From: a virus
DNA length: 64,000 nucleotides
Virus record (IMG/VR): IMGVR_UViG_3300047547_000161
Span: 3,128 to 67,127 of that record
Reading direction: 5' to 3' (one strand)
Part shown: piece by piece, positions 56,061-64,000 of the stretch
Layout: each line of letters starts with the position of its first letter
How positions within the stretch are numbered: position 1 is the stretch's first letter
Position numbers and translations under genes: made by a program
The notes under the pieces: model-generated
Told to the model about the DNA's origin: nothing
Seen by the model: only the letters and a program-made list of their open reading frames with translations
Database searches by the model: none

Positions 56061-57201
56061 ATTTTACATAGAAACCTAGCGGTGTATGTTTTAATGCTAC
56101 GTTTAAATCTTGCGCTTCCTTCGCACTTCTTTCTAATTGTGATGTGGTCGATAACCTTATTAATCTAGCCTCTAATCTTTCTAGAACAGCTTTTCTTTCT
56201 TCATTACCTTCAGCCAATAAACTTTCATAGTCCATTGTTCTTTCAGCTTCTGGCGGTCCTACAACACCACTAAACTTACCTCTGACTCTACCCAACGCTC
56301 TTTTAGCTTCAGCTATGAATAATTGACGGACTAGAGTTTTTGTTGGTTCGTTAAAATCAGAATAATCTAATTTTGATAGCGGAACTTGGTTTGGCATTTT
56401 GATAATGTCTGGGTTATCCAAAAGGCATTGGTTTTCATTGTCTGGATTTGTATCGTAGTAAAAATACCAAACGTGGCAACCTCTTAGACCTATTGCACCA
56501 CCAGCGGTACCTAAACCAGTACCTAAGGTATATCTAGAACCTGGAGTAGAAATAAGATGTAATAATCTCGTACCATCTGGACCAGCGGTGATTTTATAAA
56601 CCAAATCACTTCTAAGCATTCTATTTTTTAGGTTCATATCAGCAGCTGTCAATAATACATCAAACGCTGGTGCTATGTAATAACCCATACGAGATGAACC
56701 TGGACCGCCAGTTCCAACACCACCACCAACTTGTGAATACCCACCACCAAAACCGTAGTCTATACCACCGTAATTAGCTAATAACGCTTGATTGGTTGCT
56801 GGTGGTGTTATCCAAAGAACTTCATTAACTTGTCTACCAGCTGGGATAGTATAAACTTGTCTACCAGCTTCTAATTCGATGTAATCTTTTTTAAGCTCCC
56901 ACGGACCATTGGTTTGTAAACCGACTTGTTTAGAGTAAGCATATGATGCTTGGTGAACGTAATCTAAACTACGCACACTCAAAGCAAAAGCCATATCCAT
57001 GGTTGTAATATTACCACCCAACAATGATTGCCATTGGTGTTCTATCAACCATTCTTGAACATATTGGGCGTAGTCCTCTATGGCCATTTCTAATAGAGTG
57101 CAAAGCATTTCATCTTTCATCTCAACCTTAACCAATGGAGCGCCTACCGATGTTCTAAACTGGTTAAATAATTTTTCTTTTTCTGTATCGCTTATAGGCA
57201 T
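56059..57201 (-). CDS. Neck/head-tail adaptor protein, T4 gp13-like
   Basis: VGAPLVKVEM and LFIAEAKRALGRVRGKFSGV...LLAEGNEE match the gp13 pattern; late motif upstream. Confidence 0.8.
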   Translation of the reverse strand: MPISDTEKEKLFNQFRTSVGAPLVKVEMKDEMLCTLLEMAIEDYAQYVQEWLIEHQWQSLLGGNITTMDMAFALSVRSLDYVHQASYAYSKQVGLQTNGPWELKKDYIELEAGRQVYTIPAGRQVNEVLWITPPATNQALLANYGGIDYGFGGGYSQVGGGVGTGGPGSSRMGYYIAPAFDVLLTAADMNLKNRMLRSDLVYKITAGPDGTRLLHLISTPGSRYTLGTGLGTAGGAIGLRGCHVWYFYYDTNPDNENQCLLDNPDIIKMPNQVPLSKLDYSDFNEPTKTLVRQLFIAEAKRALGRVRGKFSGVVGPPEAERTMDYESLLAEGNEERKAVLERLEARLIRLSTTSQLERSAKEAQDLNVALKHTPLGFYVK

Positions 57202-57216
57202 AATGTTTTCTTTCTT

Positions 57217-57224
57217 ATAAATAT
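57217..57224 (-). promoter_or_regulatory. Putative late promoter motif ATATTTAT
   Basis: 15 nt upstream of the start at 57201. Confidence 0.7.
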
Positions 57225-57239
57225 AAGAAATCTAAGCAT

Positions 57240-57494
57240 TTAGCCTAAAAATTTCTTAGTGATATCAGCACATTCTCGTATGGTCTTAAAACTGACGTTT
57301 GGGACCAGAATTTGTTTTTCAACTAGAACAATTGGAACCATGTCTGACTTTGTTACCTCATGTAGTTTATTCCATTCTTCTTCGTTTTCTGGTAAATTAA
57401 CGTCAATTTCTTTATATTCTACCCCTTCATTGGTTAGGATATCTTTTAACTCATTACAATATGGGCAATTTGGTATTGTGTAAATTTTTATCAT
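57240..57494 (-). CDS. Glutaredoxin/NrdH-like redoxin
   Basis: IYTIPNCPYC, MVP; 84 aa. Confidence 0.92.
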   Translation of the reverse strand: MIKIYTIPNCPYCNELKDILTNEGVEYKEIDVNLPENEEEWNKLHEVTKSDMVPIVLVEKQILVPNVSFKTIRECADITKKFLG

Positions 57495-59338
57495 AATATT
57501 TCGTTTAATAATTCTTCAGTCATTAAAGCTAACAATTCTTCTTCATCCATCTTTTTATCCCCCATAATGGTGGCAATAATGTCTTTCTTATTTTGCAATA
57601 TATTCCACATCCTGATAGATATAGTATCTAAAAACAACTGATAATACACTGTTACATCATTTTTTTGTCCTATACGAAAGGCCCTATCCTCGGCTTGTTC
57701 ATTATCACCTGGAACCCATGAGAAGGAATTAAAGATAACCACTGTTGCTTCAGTCAATGTAATCGCTACACCAGCTGATTTTATGTTACCAATAAATACC
57801 TTAACCTTCGGATTTGTTTGAAATTCATCAACAGAGCGTTGTTTTGCTTTGGTTGACATGGGTCCGTTATGTGATACAGCTATTTTACCGAAATGGTTTT
57901 GAAGGATTTGTAATTCTTCAGTGAAAGATGTGAACACAATTACTTTCCTACCCATCTCAATAGCGTTTTCAACCATTTCTATGGTATGTGGTATGGCTGC
58001 GGCGGCAATAAATTGCCTTAAAAGAATCAATTCAACCAAATCTTTTTGTAGATTTCCATTCTTTTTACCCATTTCAGCTCGTTTTATCAAGAATTCTTCC
58101 CATAAATTATCATACTGCTTCCATTCTTTATCACTTAATTCATGATAACTTGGTATTATAACCTTATCTGGCATATCCAACACATCTTTTTTCAACCTTC
58201 TAATGATTGAATCCTTAGTTTTAGATGCTAATTCATCTAAGTTGGATGCACCATCGGTTAACCATATCTGTTTTCTTTGCCCATTTTTAAGTGTTTTAAA
58301 GAATCTTTTCGCATCACAATATCTTTGTGCATAGTATTTCCAGTTTTTTGCTAAAGGGGATTTGATTATGGTCAACAAATTGAAGAAGTCCATGGGTCTA
58401 TTTGCCACTGGGGTACCAGTAAGTAACCATACTTTTGGTATATGGGCACTTAGTTCTACCATAATTTTACCACGTATACTATCATTATTCTTTAGGTTGT
58501 GGGCCTCATCTATGATTGCTAAATCAAAACCAGCTTCTTGTAATTGACGATTAATCACTTCATCAACTTCTGGTTCACCTTTTTTCTTAACCTTAGCTTT
58601 TGGTAATGTATGGAAATTTTTCAATATATCAAAATTGATTATTGTGAATTTAGCTTCAGACCATTTCTTACCGTCAATGATTACCGTATCATCACAGAAT
58701 ACGTTTATTTCGCGTTCCCAGTTGATTTTAGCCGATGAAGGGGCCACAACTAGTATTTTCTTAGCCCCGCTTTCTAAAGCGGCTATAATTGATTGTATTG
58801 ACTTACCTAGACCCATATCGTCAGCCAAGATACAACCATTTCTGGATAATAAAAATCTGATACCTTCTTTTTGGTGGTTGTATAGCTGTTTACCATATTT
58901 AGACAGTATTTCGTTATATTTGGTGAAATCAACTTCCACTGTTATTGGTGTAAAATAAGGGTCTTCCAATACTTGAGTTTTTGGTACCCAGTACATTTTA
59001 GACTCTTTTTGTTTTGTTGTTAATTTACCATAAACATGATAACTTTTATCGGTTTCTGCTAATATAAATTCGAATAGCATACGTTCTGGTACAAAACTCA
59101 AATCTTCACTTTTCTTTAATTCTTCACCAAAATACGGTGTTATCGCTATTACTCTGTTTATAAAAGATGGTTCACGATTATAGTTATCTTTGATATATTT
59201 GGTTTGTGTTTCGGTTAATGCAAGTCCAGCTTTTGATTTTAAAGCTATTTTAAGTTTTAAAAGATACGGGTTTATACCTTCATACCCTTCCAGAAGTGTC
59301 ATGGCAGCACGCCCTTTTATGTCGTCTAAGTTTATCAA
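57491..59338 (-). CDS. SNF2-family (SMARCAL1/HARP-like) helicase/ATPase
   Basis: LADDMGLGKS, IIDEAH, LTGTPVANRP, RRLKKDVL, GVAITLT, QAEDRAFRIGQ. Confidence 0.93.
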   Translation of the reverse strand: MINLDDIKGRAAMTLLEGYEGINPYLLKLKIALKSKAGLALTETQTKYIKDNYNREPSFINRVIAITPYFGEELKKSEDLSFVPERMLFEFILAETDKSYHVYGKLTTKQKESKMYWVPKTQVLEDPYFTPITVEVDFTKYNEILSKYGKQLYNHQKEGIRFLLSRNGCILADDMGLGKSIQSIIAALESGAKKILVVAPSSAKINWEREINVFCDDTVIIDGKKWSEAKFTIINFDILKNFHTLPKAKVKKKGEPEVDEVINRQLQEAGFDLAIIDEAHNLKNNDSIRGKIMVELSAHIPKVWLLTGTPVANRPMDFFNLLTIIKSPLAKNWKYYAQRYCDAKRFFKTLKNGQRKQIWLTDGASNLDELASKTKDSIIRRLKKDVLDMPDKVIIPSYHELSDKEWKQYDNLWEEFLIKRAEMGKKNGNLQKDLVELILLRQFIAAAAIPHTIEMVENAIEMGRKVIVFTSFTEELQILQNHFGKIAVSHNGPMSTKAKQRSVDEFQTNPKVKVFIGNIKSAGVAITLTEATVVIFNSFSWVPGDNEQAEDRAFRIGQKNDVTVYYQLFLDTISIRMWNILQNKKDIIATIMGDKKMDEEELLALMTEELLNEIL

Positions 59339-59372
59339 TGGTTTTCTTGTTTTAAATCCAGGTAATTATTAA

Positions 59373-59402
59373 CAAATATACGAAAAAATCATAGAAAATC
59401 AA
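59373..59402 (-). promoter_or_regulatory. Bacteroidota-type promoter for helicase-glutaredoxin
   Basis: Minus strand TTG-N19-TATATTTG. Confidence 0.7.
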
Positions 59403-59431
59403 TAGTTCTCAAACCAATAAACGAAACCTTT

Positions 59432-59439
59432 ATATTTAT
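59432..59439 (+). promoter_or_regulatory. Putative late promoter motif ATATTTAT
   Basis: 13 nt upstream of the ATG at 59453. Confidence 0.7.
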
Positions 59440-59452
59440 AGTAAAACACGAC

Positions 59453-59974
59453 ATGGATAACAAGAAAATCACACCAATTAATAGGGTCAACAAGTTCTTC
59501 TCAGAAGAAGATTATGAGTTACAAATAGCCATGGGTAGAGAAGCAATCGAAGACCAAGGTAACTTTGTCTTAATTCTATACAAGGTTGATAGAGAAATGA
59601 CACAATCCGATGAATTATACGGTGAAGCTGTTGTAGACGGTATTAGATTTTTTCCACCAGTTGAATTGAGGGTTGTTCCAATTATTGAAAAGGCTGAGAA
59701 CAAATCTTATAACCCAGAAGGTACTCTTAGATACATACAAGATGGTAAATTAACATTTGGTATTTATCAAGAACAATTGGTTGAATTTAAAACCGATATC
59801 AATTATGGTGACTATATTGGTTATCCTATAAATGAAACTGAAATTAGATATTATTCTGTTGTTGATGACGGGATTAAAAATTTTGACAATCAACACACTA
59901 TTTTAGGTTATAAATCTGCTTTCAGAACCGTAATATGTGCTCCTGTTGACTCAACAGAATTTAGAGGTGCTTAA
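59453..59974 (+). CDS. Neck/head-closure protein, gp14-like
   Basis: DELYGEA...F.PPVEL, GDYI; lies next to gp13-like and gp15-like genes. Confidence 0.6.
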   Translation: MDNKKITPINRVNKFFSEEDYELQIAMGREAIEDQGNFVLILYKVDREMTQSDELYGEAVVDGIRFFPPVELRVVPIIEKAENKSYNPEGTLRYIQDGKLTFGIYQEQLVEFKTDINYGDYIGYPINETEIRYYSVVDDGIKNFDNQHTILGYKSAFRTVICAPVDSTEFRGA

Positions 59975-59985
59975 TATTTAGTAAC

Positions 59986-61047
59986 ATGAAATTACCAAAA
60001 GGATTTAGAAATAACATAAACATTGTACAAGGTAAAATTGGTCCAGAAAAGCGTCAAGAATTACTTGACAACATAGCCAATCAGGGGACTTTTTTGCCTA
60101 GAGGTGTTATGGAAGAAGATATGGACCAAGCCTTTATTGACTTTGTTGGTGGTAAAGATGGGTTAAGTGTTACCATAAATGGTAAAAAAGTACCTGTTTT
60201 TTTCTTGACTATTCAAAGATGGTCAGAATTTTCAAAAACGTGGCAATTTACCGATGAAAATCGAAACGTTGATATGCCATTCATTACTGTTGTTAGGAAA
60301 CCAGATATTCAACAAGGTAACAACCAAGCTGGATTGTGGAATATTCCAGGTAATAGAACTTACACATACATGAAAGTCCCAACTTTTGATGGTGAAAGAA
60401 GGGGTATGGATTTATATAAAATTCCGCAACCAACTTCAGTAGATATTACATATGAAGTTAGATTGTTTACCAATAGAATGAGGGATTTGAATAAGCTTAA
60501 TCGCAAAATTCAAAGGGCTTTCCAATCAAGACAACATTACATAAACGTAAATGGTCATCCTATGCCTTTGTATTTAGAAACTATAGGTGATGAGAGTAAT
60601 ATTGATGATTTTGAAAACAAGCGTTTTTATGTCTCTCTATTTGAGATTAAAATGGAGGGTTATATTTTAGATGAAGAAGAATTTGAAATTATACCGACCA
60701 TCAATAGAGTTATGACAACATTAGAAATTGAAGAGGTTAGGATTCTAAACCAAGTTATTTTCGAACCTTATAAACGAGGCCATGAGTTGACTTGGACATT
60801 TGTGTGGAAACCTAACTCTCAAGCAACATTTAATTTCAATGCACAATATGATACACAAATAACTCAATTGACAGCGATTGAAAACATAACTAGAATAACA
60901 ATTTGGATTAATAGTTCTGTTGTATTTGATGGAACAACACTAAACACACCAATCAATATTTCAGCAAATGATTCAATACAAATAAAAGTATATAAATCAG
61001 CGCTAACACTAGGTAGATTTATTTTAATAGGTAACACAACATCATGA
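59986..61047 (+). CDS. Tail terminator/sheath stabiliser, gp15-like
   Basis: KVPVFF, MPFITVVR, PTSVDITYEVRLFT...DLNKL, IKMEGYI. Confidence 0.6.
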   Translation: MKLPKGFRNNINIVQGKIGPEKRQELLDNIANQGTFLPRGVMEEDMDQAFIDFVGGKDGLSVTINGKKVPVFFLTIQRWSEFSKTWQFTDENRNVDMPFITVVRKPDIQQGNNQAGLWNIPGNRTYTYMKVPTFDGERRGMDLYKIPQPTSVDITYEVRLFTNRMRDLNKLNRKIQRAFQSRQHYINVNGHPMPLYLETIGDESNIDDFENKRFYVSLFEIKMEGYILDEEEFEIIPTINRVMTTLEIEEVRILNQVIFEPYKRGHELTWTFVWKPNSQATFNFNAQYDTQITQLTAIENITRITIWINSSVVFDGTTLNTPINISANDSIQIKVYKSALTLGRFILIGNTTS

Positions 61048-64000
61048 GCCACATAGGAAAAGGATACGATATAAATCAAACATTTGTTATTGAAACAGCA
61101 GATGGTGCTGCACCTATAATAAGCGGTTGTACTGGTGTTTACACTAATGAAATTATTTCATGTAGTGGTGACACATATATTGAATTGGGTACAAGTGTTA
61201 TTAGATTTGTTGGTGACGCATCATTTACTGGTGCTTTATCTGCCACTACCTATTATGGTGATGGTAGCAATCTAACAGGTATTTCTTTTCAAGATGTGTA
61301 TGTAACAGGTGGTACGTATAATACAAATACTGGTATAGCTACTTTCACCAACAATACTGGTGGAACCTTTACCATTTCTGGTTTCAGCACATCAACAGCT
61401 ACTTCATTTACAGGTGGCACAGTAACAGGTGCTACACAATTTACTAATGGTGTAAGTGCTAACACATTTAGTGCGACAACTTATTTAGGTTTGCCGATTG
61501 ATGTGTTTACGACTGGAGGTACGTATAATCAAACATCTGGTTTAGCAACGTTTACAAACAATACAGGTGGTACGTTTAGTGTGTCTGGTTTCTATACTGG
61601 CTATACATTAACTAGTAGTGAAATAATTTCTGTTTTAGGTTATACACCATTATCTGCTTATACTGATACATTTGTAACTGGAGGTACGTATTCAAATGGT
61701 ACCGCAACATTTACGAACAATACAGGTGGTACATTTAGTGTTAGTGGGTTTGGTACTGGAGATACTTATTGGGCTAGTGGTTCAACTGGTATTTATTCAA
61801 TTAAAGCTAATAACAACTCTGGTTTAGATGCAACTGGTAGTTATGCGCTTGCTCAAGGTAATAATACAAAAGCAATTGGTCAAGCTTCTCACGCTGAAGG
61901 TATATCTTCAACAGCATTAGGTGATTTTTCACACGCAGAAGGTGAAACTACATTAGCATCTGGTTATGCTTCACATTCAGAGGGGTCTAACACAACTGCC
62001 AGTGATTTGTATTCACACGCTGAAGGTGAGCTTACTATTGCTTCAGGTAATACAGCACACGCAGAAGGTTATTTGAGTATAGCTGGTGGTAATTATTCGC
62101 ACGCTGAAGGTTCTGGTACAACAGCTAGCGGTGTTGGTTCACACGCTGAAGGTGGTACTAGCAAGGCAACTGGTTTATATTCACATGCAGAAGGTAACAC
62201 AACAACAGCAAGTGGTGTTTACTCACATACAGAAGGTTGGTTTACCATGGCCTCTGGTCAATCTGCTCACGCAGAAGGTACTGGTACTTCTGCTGGTGCA
62301 ACAAATGCTCACGCAGAAGGTGGTGCGACTACAGCGACTGGTATTAGCTCACACTCTGAAGGTTCTAATACTAGAGCTACTGGTATTTCAGCTCACGCTG
62401 AAGGTACTTCAACATCAGCGTCTGGTAACTATTCACACTCTGAAGGTTCTGGTACTACAGCATCAGGGGTAGCATCACACTCTGAGGGTTCTGGTACAAC
62501 CGCTAGTGGTATAGCGTCACACGCTGGTGGTTTCAATTCTGTTGCATCTGGTAACACATCATTCGTACATGGACATAATGCATATGCATCTGGTAATTTT
62601 GTTACAGTATTTGGACAAGGTGTTAGCGGTACTACTGATAATACAGTATTTGTACCAAGACTTAACGTTAAATTTCTTAGTGGTGGTACTAGTGTTAGTA
62701 ATGTAGGTATTGATATTAATGGTTTCTTAGTTACTGGAAGTGGGTCATCAGGTACCGATATTTATACAACTGGTGGTACTTATAATAATTCAACGGGTAC
62801 CGCTACATTTACAAATAATTCAGGTGGTACATTTAATGTAAATGGTTTCTATACTGGTGACACAACACAATATGTAAAAATTACTGGTGATACAATGACT
62901 GGTGGTTTATTTTCACCTTCATTTACTGGTGATTCGTTCACTTTCTCAACAGGTGCAACAGTTACTGGACAAGTTGGTAGACTTAAATGGAACGATACTG
63001 ATGGTACACTAGATTTAGGTTTGAAGGGTGGTGCTGTTACATTACAAATAGGGCAAGAACAAGTTGCTAGAGTTGTAAATAAAACAAGTATTGATTTATT
63101 AGAATCGGCTTATGATGTTGTCAGAATTACTGGTGCAACAGGACAAAGATTATCTGTTGCATTAGCGCAAGCTAATAATGCAACAAATTCAAATACAACT
63201 TTTGCTGTTGTTACAGAAACAATACTTAAAAATCAAGAAGGTTTTGTAACAACTTTTGGTAGAGTTAATGAAATAAATACAACTGGTTCATTACAAGGTG
63301 AAACTTGGGTTGATGGTGATACATTGTATTTAAGCCCAACTTCGGCTGGTAAATTAACCAACGTTAAACCAACGGCACCTAACCACAGTGTTATTGTTGG
63401 TTTTGTAGAATATGCACACGCTATACATGGTAAAATTTTCGTTAGTGTAAATAATTGTTACGAATTGGGTGATTTACATAATGTAAGATTAAGTGGTTTA
63501 TCTAATAATGACGTTTTAACTTACAATTCTGCGTCTCAAATATGGGTGAATAGACCAGCTAGTTTTGACGTGTTTGTAACTGGAGGCACTGTTACAAACA
63601 ATATTGCAACCTTTACAAACAATACAGGTGGTACATTTAATTTAATAAGTTTTGTAAATGGAAACACATATTGGACTTCTGGTTCAACTGGTAGTTATTC
63701 TATTAAAACTAATAATGACTCAACAACAGACGCACAAGGAGATTATTCAGTTGCCGAAGGTTATAATAACACAGCCATAGGTTTTTATTCACACGCTGAA
63801 GGTTCAAGAAATACGGCTATTGGTGAAGCATCACACGTAGAAGGTGATAATAATACGGCTGAGGGTACAAACTCACACGCTGAAGGTGCTCAGAGTATAG
63901 CACAAGGTGCTTATTCACACGCCGAAGGACAACTAAACATAGCTGTTGGGGCTTCTACTCACGTAGAAGGTTATTCATCAACAGCATTAGGTGATTTTTC
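61044..64000 (+). CDS. Large fibre/adhesin-like protein (3' end outside the window; absent from the ORF track)
   Basis: ATGA-coupled start MSHIGKGYDINQTFVIE...; I saw no in-frame stop to the window end; five TGGT(Y/V) repeats and two SHAEG arrays. Confidence 0.85.
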   Translation, partial: MSHIGKGYDINQTFVIETADGAAPIISGCTGVYTNEIISCSGDTYIELGTSVIRFVGDASFTGALSATTYYGDGSNLTGISFQDVYVTGGTYNTNTGIATFTNNTGGTFTISGFSTSTATSFTGGTVTGATQFTNGVSANTFSATTYLGLPIDVFTTGGTYNQTSGLATFTNNTGGTFSVSGFYTGYTLTSSEIISVLGYTPLSAYTDTFVTGGTYSNGTATFTNNTGGTFSVSGFGTGDTYWASGSTGIYSIKANNNSGLDATGSYALAQGNNTKAIGQASHAEGISSTALGDFSHAEGETTLASGYASHSEGSNTTASDLYSHAEGELTIASGNTAHAEGYLSIAGGNYSHAEGSGTTASGVGSHAEGGTSKATGLYSHAEGNTTTASGVYSHTEGWFTMASGQSAHAEGTGTSAGATNAHAEGGATTATGISSHSEGSNTRATGISAHAEGTSTSASGNYSHSEGSGTTASGVASHSEGSGTTASGIASHAGGFNSVASGNTSFVHGHNAYASGNFVTVFGQGVSGTTDNTVFVPRLNVKFLSGGTSVSNVGIDINGFLVTGSGSSGTDIYTTGGTYNNSTGTATFTNNSGGTFNVNGFYTGDTTQYVKITGDTMTGGLFSPSFTGDSFTFSTGATVTGQVGRLKWNDTDGTLDLGLKGGAVTLQIGQEQVARVVNKTSIDLLESAYDVVRITGATGQRLSVALAQANNATNSNTTFAVVTETILKNQEGFVTTFGRVNEINTTGSLQGETWVDGDTLYLSPTSAGKLTNVKPTAPNHSVIVGFVEYAHAIHGKIFVSVNNCYELGDLHNVRLSGLSNNDVLTYNSASQIWVNRPASFDVFVTGGTVTNNIATFTNNTGGTFNLISFVNGNTYWTSGSTGSYSIKTNNDSTTDAQGDYSVAEGYNNTAIGFYSHAEGSRNTAIGEASHVEGDNNTAEGTNSHAEGAQSIAQGAYSHAEGQLNIAVGASTHVEGYSSTALGDF

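Noticed and set aside
52305-59338. Inteins or introns in polB and the helicase
   Set aside because: Catalytic motifs are contiguous; no intein termini or homing endonuclease motifs were seen.
62086-62472. 128 aa ORF from the track
   Set aside because: Out-of-frame shadow of the SHAEG repeats in the long gene starting at 61044.
1-64000. Stop-codon reassignment as seen in some large phages
   Set aside because: Conserved genes are full length in code 11 and coding density is high; TGA ends several coupled genes, and I saw no gene broken by TAG.

Overview
AT-rich, gene-dense 64 kb segment of a large T4-superfamily (jumbo-type) myophage read in the standard genetic code. The host is very likely Bacteroidota, based on TTG-N19/20-TAnnTTTG promoters and A-rich, Shine-Dalgarno-less starts. 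From left to right: a head module (portal C-terminus, prohead protease, scaffold, major capsid protein) and two putative head-packaged effectors; a minus-strand block of baseplate/virion genes and a gp55-like sigma factor; a ~22.6 kb minus-strand glycan locus (about 11 glycosyltransferase-like genes, 3 methyltransferases, WecB, GDP-mannose 3',5'-epimerase, nucleotidyltransferase, cupin, mini phosphodiesterase, WavE-like protein and a non-carboxylating RuBisCO-like protein) interleaved with PhoH, GMP reductase/IMPDH and dUTPase; repeat-rich tail-fibre/adhesin genes; family B DNA polymerase; neck proteins, glutaredoxin and a SNF2 helicase; and a last fibre gene running off the window. The best candidate for an undescribed system is the RuBisCO-like protein/cupin/nucleotidyltransferase/phosphodiesterase/WavE module inside an all-soluble glycosylation locus that lies next to Ser/Thr/Asn-rich virion proteins. 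A recurrent ATATTTAT late-promoter motif and a candidate three-way-junction leader RNA were also found. All product calls come from motif recognition by eye; no database searches were run.
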